Assembly: GCA_947169055.1 (NCBI GenBank)
Contig: CAMVOF010000001.1
Location: 1 to 58,397, forward strand
Direction: 5' to 3'
DNA from: an uncultured Clostridia bacterium
Lineage (GTDB): Bacteria > Bacillota > Clostridia > Oscillospirales > Ruminococcaceae
Length of the DNA stretch: 58,397 bases
A program made the translations under genes and the position numbers. The notes under the pieces are model-generated. The model searched no databases, was not told where the DNA came from, and was given only the letters and a program-made list of their open reading frames with translations. Below are positions 25,679 through 36,997 of the stretch, piece by piece. Position 1 is the stretch's first letter; every line of letters begins with the position of its first letter.

Positions 25679-27238
25679 ATGAACATCAACAACATCGAAC
25701 TGATCTTTGACAGCGCCATCCTCGACCGGGGGAAAGACTATCTCTTCCGCAATAAAGTTAAAAAGATAAGCAGGATCACCAAGGATCGCTATACCGCGCT
25801 GGTGGAGGGGTCAGAGAACTACATCGTCGGCGTGACGCTTATGCCCGACGGAGAGATAAGGTCTATGAACTGCACCTGCCCCTATGCCAAGAAAGCCGGC
25901 TGCAAGCACGAAGCAGCTGTCCTGCTGGCTATATACGGCGGGTTTGACGATCGCAAAGAAATGCCGGCTCTGGATAAAAGCGTGAAGAAATGCACAAAGA
26001 AGGAGCTTGAAAAAGCTGTACTTGCCGCAGTCTCAGACGATGCGAAAACAGCCGCAAGGCTTCTCCGCTGCATCGAAATGGCGACGACGAAGGACGTGCT
26101 CAAATGGTTCAGGCTGGCCGCCGAAGAAACGGGAGAAGGCTTTGCGTCCATCAGGCTCGAGAGTGCTGTTTATGAAGCTCTCGAAAGGCTGGAGACCGTC
26201 GGCGATCTTTCCGAGAAAACAAGGGTGCTGCTGGGTATGCTGGGGACAATGAACGGTATCGCCGAGGAGTTCTTTGACGATGAAGACGAGGAAGAAATGA
26301 TCTTCGAGCTCATGGACTATACCGCAGCTGCGCTTGCTGGCATAAACGATGCGATCTCATCATCGGAAGATACCGCTGCGTTCTCGGCACAGTGGACGGT
26401 CATCAATTCGGCTAAGTCTGTTCTCCCAGGCTTCTGCGACGGCGATATCAGGTGGTTTCGGATACTCCTGCCCTTCGGCAGGGACGAAGCCTGTCTCAGA
26501 AAAATGTTTGAGCTGGCGGAGGAAGCCTGGTTCGATCAAACGGAATGCAAGCTGCTGCTGACAAAGACCTGGTGCTCCGGCCGGGAGATCGACAGGTTCA
26601 TCGAGGATCACATCGACGATCAGAAGGTCCTCAGATTCGCTTTCGACCGGGCAATGGAGAAAAAGGACTATGACAGCGCGGAACGCTTTGCACAGCTTGG
26701 ACGAAAGAACGAGCACCGCGTATCCATCTACTGGCTGCCGAGGCTTCGGGACATTTACATTGAGACGGGAAATAAGGAAAAGCTGGCGGAAGTTCTGTAT
26801 GAAATGACTCTCTGCGCCAAGACAGATGCCTATGAAGAGCTCAAAAAGCTGCTTTCGGAGGAGGAGTTTGAAAAGACGCTGAAAAGGCTGCTCAATGAGC
26901 CCGGGAACAACAGCTACGAGTATATCATCATCCGCGAAGACCTGACCGACAGGATGATAGAATACTGCCGGAGAAACAAGCACAGGATAGCCTTCGTCGC
27001 AAAGCATCTGACAGGAAGCAGATACCGCAACGAAGCCCGACTGATATTCACGGGGTACATCCGCAAGCAGGCGGAAAGCGCAAGAGACAGATATGCTTAT
27101 TCAAAGATCGCGGAGCTGCTCTGCGAGTTCCTCAGCTGCTTCGGCTACAAGCCGACGGAAAGACTTGCAGAGGAGCTGAAAGACAGATTCAGCTCGCGCA
27201 CGGCTTTCCTTGAGGAGCTCAGCAAGGCAGGGCTGTGA
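25679..27238 (+). CDS. SWIM zinc-finger protein with helical C-terminal region
   Basis: ILDRGKDY, A.VEGSENY.V, CTCPY....CKH; AAGGAGG RBS. Confidence 0.88.
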   Translation: MNINNIELIFDSAILDRGKDYLFRNKVKKISRITKDRYTALVEGSENYIVGVTLMPDGEIRSMNCTCPYAKKAGCKHEAAVLLAIYGGFDDRKEMPALDKSVKKCTKKELEKAVLAAVSDDAKTAARLLRCIEMATTKDVLKWFRLAAEETGEGFASIRLESAVYEALERLETVGDLSEKTRVLLGMLGTMNGIAEEFFDDEDEEEMIFELMDYTAAALAGINDAISSSEDTAAFSAQWTVINSAKSVLPGFCDGDIRWFRILLPFGRDEACLRKMFELAEEAWFDQTECKLLLTKTWCSGREIDRFIEDHIDDQKVLRFAFDRAMEKKDYDSAERFAQLGRKNEHRVSIYWLPRLRDIYIETGNKEKLAEVLYEMTLCAKTDAYEELKKLLSEEEFEKTLKRLLNEPGNNSYEYIIIREDLTDRMIEYCRRNKHRIAFVAKHLTGSRYRNEARLIFTGYIRKQAESARDRYAYSKIAELLCEFLSCFGYKPTERLAEELKDRFSSRTAFLEELSKAGL

Positions 27239-27396
27239 TGACAGCAGCATAAAACCAGAAAGGAGGAACGCCGAACAATATAGCATTATACAATTTTTTA
27301 AGGACTATTTCATACTTTTTCTCGCAGAACTGTGGTATAATTTTTATCAGAAGGCTTTGGCTGTGCATACAGCGATAATGACCGGGAGGGATAAAA

Positions 27397-28467
27397 ATGA
27401 ATACAACAGATTCTTTGGCGAAGGCTTATGAAAAGCATTTCAAGATAGGGGCAGCTGTTTCTCATCTTAACATTGACAGCTACGACGAGCTGCTGGCGAA
27501 GCATTTCAACAGCGTGACCACCGAAAACGAGTTGAAGTATGATGCGACGGAGCCGGAGGAAGGGAAGTTCACCTTCGGCTCAGCCGACAAGATATTCGAT
27601 ACCGCAAGAAAGCTCGGCATCAAGGTCCGGGCTCATGCTCCTGTGTGGCACTGGGCAACGCCCCAGTGGATGTTCAAGGACGGCGATAAGCCCACAGCTC
27701 CTGAGCTTATTTACGAGCGTATCGAGGCACACACAAAGGCTCTCTGCGAGAGGTATAACGACGACGTCTATGCGTGGGATGTGGTGAACGAGGCGACCCT
27801 CGACGAGCAGGCAAAGGATCAGATAGGGGACAGCGAGATATACAGAAACAGCCAGTATTTCAAGCTCTGCGGACCGGGCTTCATCGAAGCGGCTTTCCGT
27901 GCAATGGATAAGTATTCTCCGAAGGCTCAGCTTTTCTACAACGACTACGGCGAGTGGGAACCCAAAAGGCGCCGGCGCATAATCAGGCTGATACAGGAGC
28001 TCAGGGACAAGGGCTGCCGTGTTGACGGCTTCGGTATGCAGCAGCACCATTTTGTAAAGCCGGACTTCGACGAGATAAAACGAGCCATCGAGGACTATGC
28101 CTCTCTCGGGCTGCGGCTGCACGTCACCGAGCTTGACATCTCGCTTATGGCGACAGTGAACCGGACCGGCAAAAGACTTAAGCCCGGCGATCCCGGCTTT
28201 GAGGAATACGTTAAGGAAGTCACAAAGGCCACACCCGAAAGGCTCCTTGAGATCAGCAATATCTACGTCAAGCTCTTCGGGATATACAGGAGCTATTCCG
28301 ACGTCATCGACTGCGTCACCACCTGGGGAGTTGCGGATGACTATACCTGGCTGGACTTCTTCGGTGTCGGCCCAGATATGCCGAAGATCAAGCAGCATCC
28401 GCTGATGTTCGACACCGACCACAGACCCAAGCCCTGTGTTCAGGAGATCATCAACGCAGCGTTATAA
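27397..28467 (+). CDS. Endo-1,4-beta-xylanase, GH10, no signal peptide
   Basis: TENELK, H..VWH, WDVVNEA, YNDY, VTELDI, TTWG. Confidence 0.93.
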   Translation: MNTTDSLAKAYEKHFKIGAAVSHLNIDSYDELLAKHFNSVTTENELKYDATEPEEGKFTFGSADKIFDTARKLGIKVRAHAPVWHWATPQWMFKDGDKPTAPELIYERIEAHTKALCERYNDDVYAWDVVNEATLDEQAKDQIGDSEIYRNSQYFKLCGPGFIEAAFRAMDKYSPKAQLFYNDYGEWEPKRRRRIIRLIQELRDKGCRVDGFGMQQHHFVKPDFDEIKRAIEDYASLGLRLHVTELDISLMATVNRTGKRLKPGDPGFEEYVKEVTKATPERLLEISNIYVKLFGIYRSYSDVIDCVTTWGVADDYTWLDFFGVGPDMPKIKQHPLMFDTDHRPKPCVQEIINAAL

Positions 28468-28484
28468 TAATCTTCTAAGCAACA

Positions 28485-28523
28485 TAAAACCGAGCAACAG
28501 TACAAAGCTGCTGCCCGGTTTTT
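28485..28523. terminator. Bidirectional terminator
   Basis: AAAACCGAGCAACAG...CTGCTGCCCGGTTTTT between convergent genes. Confidence 0.7.
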
Positions 28524-28542
28524 GTGTTATAGATCAATTTTA

Positions 28543-31251
28543 TCAGCGTGCGGAAGTCCTTTTCTTCGAGAGGATCATTCCGACCACAGCCGCAGAAGCT
28601 ATTACAGCTGCTCCCGCAGCAGTACCGGTGTTGGGGTTCGAGCCCGGATTGCCGCTCTCTTCCTTCGAGCTTTCGGAGGAGCTGTCTTCCTCGCTCTCGG
28701 GAGTGCTGTCGGGTGTGCTTTCGCTTTCGTCTTCGCTCTCGGGAGTGCTGTCCGGTGTGCTTTCGGAGCTGTCCTCCGGCTCGGCAACATCGGCTGTCAG
28801 AGCTGTGCTGTTGAGCTCTTCCAGCAGATCGAACTCGCGGTACGAGCCGTCTGCGGTAAGGGTGAATATCTGAACTGAGTTCTCCAAATATCCTCTTTCA
28901 AGATCGTTCTCCGTCACGGTGTAGATGTATTCGATCTCTGCGGTCTCGCCGGCTTCAAGGTTTTCGATAGTGCCTATGAGCTTTCCGTTCACATACACCT
29001 CGCAGTCTCCTGTCTCTTCGTCCAGTTCCTTTGTGACAGACACGGTGCATACCACTTCGTCGCCTACGTTATAAGCCTCATCCCGGGGCTCGGCTATCTT
29101 GTGCTCCACCGAGAAATAAGCATTTTCCACGTAAGCGTGGATAGAGGGATTGTCGTAATCGGTCAGTCCGGCTTCAAGCGTGCCCGCGTTGGTGTTCTTC
29201 AGTCCGCAGGTGTGCATAACTTCAACAACGTCGCTCCAGTCGAGCCATTCGCCGTCGGAGAAAACGTAGCTTTCCCCGGGATTTATCACTCCGCGTGTGA
29301 ACCAGATACTGTAGGGAACAAAGCCTTCGTCGGAGCCGTGTGCGTCGATATATGCTTGTCTTTTATTTTCATAAGTCTGCATACCGAATTTTTCGTTGCC
29401 GTCATTCTTGAACAGGACTTCATTCTTTCCGTCCTCACGGGTCACGGTGGCAACTACGGAGAATAACGTTCCCTTTTTAAGATACAGCGGCTTTTCAAGA
29501 TCGGTGTTGTGGTATCCTGCCTGCGGCTCCCTGACTGTCAGGCTTGCGGCAAGAGTGCCGTCGGTGGGGCTTGCGGAGTCTTCATTCAGGATATACACAT
29601 CGTACTTCACCGTGTTGTTCGGGCGGCTGTAGAGAGTACCCAGGGAAACCAGCTTCTGGTCATGCTCGCAGATAAAAACATTTGCAGCTGCGGCATCATC
29701 ATAGTTGCAGGCTCCGTAGCAGGGAGCAGTCATGATATCATAAAGATGCTCGAAGCTCGAGGTCAATTTCTTGCTGTTCTTTGTCTCCGGACTGTCTGTT
29801 TTGTAATCGATGCTCATGGCTCTGCCTAAGGACTGATCGTAATATGAGATATAGAAGAATCCGTCTCCGTTATTACCGTAGTAATCATAGTCATCCTTAC
29901 AGCCCCAGCTGTTCTTTATGATAAAGGCTCCGTCGCCCTTGATGGTGCCTTTGGGGTCGTAGAAGTATTCCTTCGGGAAATCATCGTCATACCCGACTAC
30001 CGTTACTGCGTGGTTAGCACTGACGACTTTATTTATGCTTGTTTCGTCGTCAGGGTCGTAATTATCATCGAAGCAGTAGTAACACAGATATGCAGCCTGC
30101 CTGTCGCTCAATGTCCTTTCGCCGTTTTTGTCGATATAGTTTATGCGGCGTTTCACACTGCTCTGACCGTAGGTGCCATAGTACATCGATAACATCACCG
30201 CTCTGCCGCCGAGAAGTTCGTTCTTGATAGTATTGAGCACATTCTCGTTGAATCTGTATTCAGAGGTCTCCGGGTCACTGTCTGCAAGCTTCTGTGTCAG
30301 AACTATGTTTTCGATCGTATAGTCGCTGAACCTGTAAGCGTCGTCAACAGACCAGTCCATGTGTTTCGACTCTTCTTCGTTCACCGATCGGTCCCAGTAT
30401 CTTCCGTTGCCCACATACCAGTCCGTGCTGTCGTTCTTGTTGAAGGATATCCTCCCCAGCAGAGTCTCGTCCGAGATTATATCAAGGAATTCCTGCTTGG
30501 TGAAGAAATCTATATATTCCGTCTTGTCCTTGTCGCACAGGTGCTCTTCATCCAGCTTCTCGCACTCGGCAGGGTCGTTTACTACTTCGTATATCGTTAC
30601 ATAGCCCGTCAGGTCCACCTCGTCGAGATTCGGCACAAGATTCCCGTCAACAGGGCCCTGACCCGTAGAGAGCATACTTAAAACATATTGATCGTAACCG
30701 CCGCCGAAAAAGTCTTCAAAGATTATCGTGTAATCTGGATCGTCCTTCTGCAGCTCAAGATAGGAAGCATATCTTATTCCTCCCTCGCCTTCCTGAGAAG
30801 GATACTTGCTGCCGGCTCCCAGCACAGTGCCCACGAACCAGGCTATCTGCCGCTCGGAAAGATCGAGTATCTGCGACTCGTCGCAGGTGTTGAGATCAAC
30901 GCCCATCTCGTAAAGTATACTTGTCTCCGAACAGGCCATGGCAGAGTAAGCCCAGCAGTTTCCCGTCCTGCGCTGATTTTTCACCGGGGTGACATAGTTC
31001 TTTCCGTCAACATCCCGCAGATCGAATTTCCTCGGCATCGCCGCATAAGCCGGTAGCTCCGGGTCATCCACCGTGTAATTATAATTCGTGTCGAGTATGG
31101 TCTCAGCGAAATACCTGCCCAGCTTATCCACTTTTTCCTCATAGCTGTCCCCGGCACCGCCCTCAGCCGACGCCGAAAAAGCAGCCCCCTGAGCAGTAGA
31201 GACGAACATAATCGCAGCTGCGACTGCGGAAACGAATCTGTTTTTTCTCAT
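28543..31251 (-). CDS. Papain-family (C1) cysteine protease with lectin-like domain, NPXTG-anchored
   Basis: Signal peptide; KFDLRD, KNQ..TGNCWA, NHAVTVVGYDD, IKNSWG; Ser/Glu linker; NPNTG + TM + basic tail. Confidence 0.92.
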   Translation of the reverse strand: MRKNRFVSAVAAAIMFVSTAQGAAFSASAEGGAGDSYEEKVDKLGRYFAETILDTNYNYTVDDPELPAYAAMPRKFDLRDVDGKNYVTPVKNQRRTGNCWAYSAMACSETSILYEMGVDLNTCDESQILDLSERQIAWFVGTVLGAGSKYPSQEGEGGIRYASYLELQKDDPDYTIIFEDFFGGGYDQYVLSMLSTGQGPVDGNLVPNLDEVDLTGYVTIYEVVNDPAECEKLDEEHLCDKDKTEYIDFFTKQEFLDIISDETLLGRISFNKNDSTDWYVGNGRYWDRSVNEEESKHMDWSVDDAYRFSDYTIENIVLTQKLADSDPETSEYRFNENVLNTIKNELLGGRAVMLSMYYGTYGQSSVKRRINYIDKNGERTLSDRQAAYLCYYCFDDNYDPDDETSINKVVSANHAVTVVGYDDDFPKEYFYDPKGTIKGDGAFIIKNSWGCKDDYDYYGNNGDGFFYISYYDQSLGRAMSIDYKTDSPETKNSKKLTSSFEHLYDIMTAPCYGACNYDDAAAANVFICEHDQKLVSLGTLYSRPNNTVKYDVYILNEDSASPTDGTLAASLTVREPQAGYHNTDLEKPLYLKKGTLFSVVATVTREDGKNEVLFKNDGNEKFGMQTYENKRQAYIDAHGSDEGFVPYSIWFTRGVINPGESYVFSDGEWLDWSDVVEVMHTCGLKNTNAGTLEAGLTDYDNPSIHAYVENAYFSVEHKIAEPRDEAYNVGDEVVCTVSVTKELDEETGDCEVYVNGKLIGTIENLEAGETAEIEYIYTVTENDLERGYLENSVQIFTLTADGSYREFDLLEELNSTALTADVAEPEDSSESTPDSTPESEDESESTPDSTPESEEDSSSESSKEESGNPGSNPNTGTAAGAAVIASAAVVGMILSKKRTSAR
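28691..28764. repeat. 42-bp-period intragenic tandem duplication encoding the ESTPDSTPESE linker
   Basis: TCGCTCTCGGGAGTGCTGTC.GGTGTGCTTTCG twice. Confidence 0.75.
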
Positions 31252-31511
31252 ATCCTCCGACCTCTTTTCTGTTTTGCAAATACAAACCGCCGCCGCGCAG
31301 CTTGTTCTTATATATGATTATACAATAAAATGCCGGGTTTTGCAAGAGGGAGAGGATAAAAAACATCCCTGCGCTCGCTCTGCGCAGGATTTTGAGCGTT
31401 GTGCATAGTGTATAGTATTTTCGGCAAATGTGACGAAATTTGATACAAGGTGTTGACTTTTTGCGGGGGGATAGTATAATGGGATTATAAACTATTATAG
31501 GAGGTATTATT

Positions 31512-32555
31512 ATGGCAAATAAATATACCATGAAGAATCTTGCTGAGGATGTTTTAAAAGAAGCAACATCCCCTATGAGCTGTAAAGAAATATGGGATAA
31601 AGCCATTGAAACTGGTATTTCAGTCAAGGTTAATATGGATAATTATGCTACAACTCCAGTGAACTTGTTAAGTAGCACTTTAAATACTGATATTAATACA
31701 AATCCCAATACAATGTTTCAGCGTTTTTCAAAGAGCCCTTATATATTCTTGTTAAAAGATTCAAAAATTGCTCCTAGTACAATTGAAGAAAAGATTGCAG
31801 AGACTGAAAATGATGAAGATACAGAAGAAGACTTACCCGACAATAACAGTATTCAATTTGAATACACAGAAGCCGGTCTTCATCCTGTTTTGGCAATGTT
31901 TGTAGCGTCGCATGATCATTTTAAATGTTCAGTAAAAACAATTATACAACAAAGAGCCTCTGGAATACATGAAAAGAAATTAAAGAATGATGAATCTGAA
32001 AGAACAAAGGATATGTGGATGTATCCTGACATTATAGGAGTATATTTTCCTTTTTCAGATTATAAAGTAGAGACTACAGCTTTTTTAGAAAGTGTTAAAC
32101 AGACAGCAATAACAATCTTTTCATTTGAACTAAAAAAAGAGATTGGTCTCTCAAATTTAAGAGAGTGTTATTTTCAGGCTGTCTCTAATTCATCTTGGGC
32201 AAATGAAGGATATTTAGTTGCTTCGGAAATCAAAAAAACCCCTGAATTTTTAAAAGAACTCGGTATTCTCAATAATTCCTTTGGTATTGGATTAATTAAG
32301 CTGAATCTTGAAGCTCCTCAAAACAGTGAAATCATTATTAATGCCAAACCAAGGGAAAAAATAGATATAGATGTATTAAATAAGCTAATAATGAAAAGTG
32401 AGGAAGTAAAGGATTTAGTTAAAACAATAAATGATAGTATTACTATAAAAAAGAATAGCGATATGAATTTTTTTGATAAAATATATTCGTATGAGGAATA
32501 TTTAGATATAGTAAAAACAAAAGGATTAATGAATTTAGTTGATAGAAAAAAATAG
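31512..32555 (+). CDS. HARE-HTH + restriction-endonuclease-like protein (HrgA/COG2958-like), AT-rich
   Basis: N-terminal LAEDVLKEA..PMS..EIW HTH; E..LHP, W.YPDIIG, SFELKK, LRECYFQAVSNSSWANEGYLV. Confidence 0.82.
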   Translation: MANKYTMKNLAEDVLKEATSPMSCKEIWDKAIETGISVKVNMDNYATTPVNLLSSTLNTDINTNPNTMFQRFSKSPYIFLLKDSKIAPSTIEEKIAETENDEDTEEDLPDNNSIQFEYTEAGLHPVLAMFVASHDHFKCSVKTIIQQRASGIHEKKLKNDESERTKDMWMYPDIIGVYFPFSDYKVETTAFLESVKQTAITIFSFELKKEIGLSNLRECYFQAVSNSSWANEGYLVASEIKKTPEFLKELGILNNSFGIGLIKLNLEAPQNSEIIINAKPREKIDIDVLNKLIMKSEEVKDLVKTINDSITIKKNSDMNFFDKIYSYEEYLDIVKTKGLMNLVDRKK

Positions 32556-32621
32556 AGCGAATAAATATGATAAAGCCGCCCTCCCGGGCGGCTTTCCTCT
32601 GCCCAAAACCTTCCCCAAAAA

Positions 32622-32663
32622 CAAAACCAGGCAGCACCACACGCCGGCGGTGTTGCCTGGTTT
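32622..32663. terminator. Terminator between convergent genes
   Basis: AAACCAGGCAGCACC...GGTGTTGCCTGGTTT. Confidence 0.7.
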
Positions 32664-32678
32664 GTTTCATTTCCTCTG

Positions 32679-34589
32679 TCATCTCTTCTTCCTGTAAGCA
32701 AGCAAAGCTCCCGCAAGCAGTACAACAGTTACCACCGACGCACATTCGGAAGAGCCCGTGTCGGGGTTGCCTCCGCCTTGGCTGCCGTCATTGTCTGAAT
32801 AGAATTCGTTCATCTTCTCGTCGATGAACTTAAGATCGTAAAGCTTGGAGTAGTCGCAGCTGCCGTCTTCGCTGTAGCTCAGCATCTGATAATCGGGCTC
32901 GATGCCGGGGTCAACGCTGTTGCCGAAATTGTCGATAATGTGGTAGTTGCTGGAGAGCCTGAAATACAGACCGTCTGCTGTCAGGCTTTCATAAACTGCA
33001 CAGGCTCCTCCGCCGGAGGTGTCGCCGAACAGAGGTATCCCGCTGCCCTTGCACAAGGAAGGCAGCAAATTGGCGCAGGAGAAGGAATCATTGCTCATCA
33101 GTATGCCGAAATTCAGGTCGTACTGCTTTTCGTTGTCCTTCTCGTCGAACACCCCGTCAAAGTTGGCGTCGATGTCGTAGTCCGTTCTGGAGACCTGTCC
33201 CGAGATCGTGTTTTTGATCCTGATAAAGCTCTGTCCGTCTATTATCTTCTGTATCACCGCAACGATATCTCCCGAGCCGCCGCCGTTGCAGGTTATGTCG
33301 ATAACAAAATTCCGAACTTCGGGGTCATTGTCGGCTTTTTCCATAGCGTCAAGGAGCATCGACAGTTCATCCACGGGTCTTTTGCCGTTCCCTGCAAAGT
33401 ATTTTCTCCATCCGTCAAAGTCTGCCATAAAGGAGTCGAAGCAGTAAACGACTGTGCTGCCTTGCTTGTGGTATTTTTCCGTACCCCAGAGCTTGTTCCT
33501 TGCATCCAGTATACTCATCCAGGCAGTGTTGCTTTTTTCTATCAGCTCATCAACATCTTCATAGGGATAGTTGAACTCGGCTAATATTTCCGCAAGCTCA
33601 TCTTTGTCCGGATCGAAAGCTGCTTCCAAAGCCGATATCGGGAATCTGAAGCTTGAATGACCTCCGTCATAGAGCAGGCGGTGCATGATATACAGCCCTG
33701 CATAGTAGTCTGTTACGTCCTCGGAAAGCAGCAGCTCCTTCAGAGTCTTGGTGCTGTTGATCTGCTGTGTTATGATATCAAGCGCCTTATCAAAGCTTCC
33801 GCCCTGAGTCAGGGGGTCCTGTATCTTTGCTCTTCCCGGAAAGCCGTAGAAGGTGTCGATGAGAAAGCAAAGCTCACCGTAGCCGAATCTTGCGGTCTCG
33901 GCAGAACGCTTGCCGTCCTTGAAGCAGCATTTCATTACCGTGGAGATAAATCCATCGCTGGTCGCGGTCTCGTCGGAGGTGTAATCGGAAGCGGAGTCGA
34001 TAAAATAGTATTCCTCTCCGTCGAAATATCCGTTGAGCATTATAACGCTCTTGAAGAGATCGTTGGCGGTGACAAAGGGCATCCATAGATCGTCTCCGTC
34101 GGCTTTAAGGTCTATCCCGTAGCCTGCGAAGTCGATCTCTATGGGTTCGGCTTCTTTGTCGAATTCGGTCCCGGCAGGTCGGGTAAAGGGCATTCCGTCG
34201 TAGTAGATGTTTTTCACCCCGTCCTGCCTGTATATCGTGGCGTTGATGAACTCGCAGAAGTCATCCGCCTTGAGCGTGTCCGCATCCGTATCGACCACAG
34301 CCGTTTCTCCCAGAACGTTCGTCAGGGTGAAAACATTCCCCTCAGCCTCGACCTCCAGCTCCTTGCCGATAAGCATAGCGTAGAAGTCATCCACCTTGAC
34401 GTAAGGTATCTGCGGCAGCTCCTCATAGAACCGCGAGGTCAGGGTCTTGATATTGTCCTTTGCGTAAACGTGGGCGGTGATCTCCTTTTCGGTATATCCC
34501 TCGTCGTCTGCAAAGGCGACGGTCGGCATCCCTGCCGCCAGACAAAGCACCGCCGTAACGGTGCAGATCGTTTTCCTAAGTTTCAGCAT
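32679..34589 (-). CDS. S41-family peptidase, secreted, NPXTG-anchored
   Basis: Signal peptide from MLKLRK (34589); DGGHS, IDITCNGGG, SFSCAN, GDTSGGGAC, GIEPD; NPDTG + TM + RKKR. Confidence 0.88.
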   Translation of the reverse strand: MLKLRKTICTVTAVLCLAAGMPTVAFADDEGYTEKEITAHVYAKDNIKTLTSRFYEELPQIPYVKVDDFYAMLIGKELEVEAEGNVFTLTNVLGETAVVDTDADTLKADDFCEFINATIYRQDGVKNIYYDGMPFTRPAGTEFDKEAEPIEIDFAGYGIDLKADGDDLWMPFVTANDLFKSVIMLNGYFDGEEYYFIDSASDYTSDETATSDGFISTVMKCCFKDGKRSAETARFGYGELCFLIDTFYGFPGRAKIQDPLTQGGSFDKALDIITQQINSTKTLKELLLSEDVTDYYAGLYIMHRLLYDGGHSSFRFPISALEAAFDPDKDELAEILAEFNYPYEDVDELIEKSNTAWMSILDARNKLWGTEKYHKQGSTVVYCFDSFMADFDGWRKYFAGNGKRPVDELSMLLDAMEKADNDPEVRNFVIDITCNGGGSGDIVAVIQKIIDGQSFIRIKNTISGQVSRTDYDIDANFDGVFDEKDNEKQYDLNFGILMSNDSFSCANLLPSLCKGSGIPLFGDTSGGGACAVYESLTADGLYFRLSSNYHIIDNFGNSVDPGIEPDYQMLSYSEDGSCDYSKLYDLKFIDEKMNEFYSDNDGSQGGGNPDTGSSECASVVTVVLLAGALLAYRKKR

Positions 34590-34705
34590 TTCTATCCCTC
34601 CGATAAATATCCGGTGTTGCTTTGAGCTTATTATACCACACAAAACCGTTTTAAGTCAACAGCTTTCCCGAAGCAAAAAAGGGAGCCGTTTCCGACTCCC
34701 TGTGT

Positions 34706-36793
<2,088 letters not shown>

Positions 36794-36954
36794 AATATCA
36801 CACCTTACTTCATTCCAGAATTTACCGGCACCCGGCCGAAAATGATCTTATATCTATTATAGCCCAAATTTTACAACAATGCAAGAGCGATTTAAAAAAA
36901 ATACTCATTTTTCTGATTTTTTCTGACCTGCGCTGTGTGATACAAGCAGGCATA

Positions 36955-36994
36955 AAAAACGGCATATCCTTTTTTGAAGGATATACCGCTTTTG
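36955..36994. terminator. Terminator of the ABC operon
   Basis: CGGCATATCCTT...AAGGATATACCG flanked by A and T tracts. Confidence 0.65.
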
Positions 36995-36997
36995 TCT

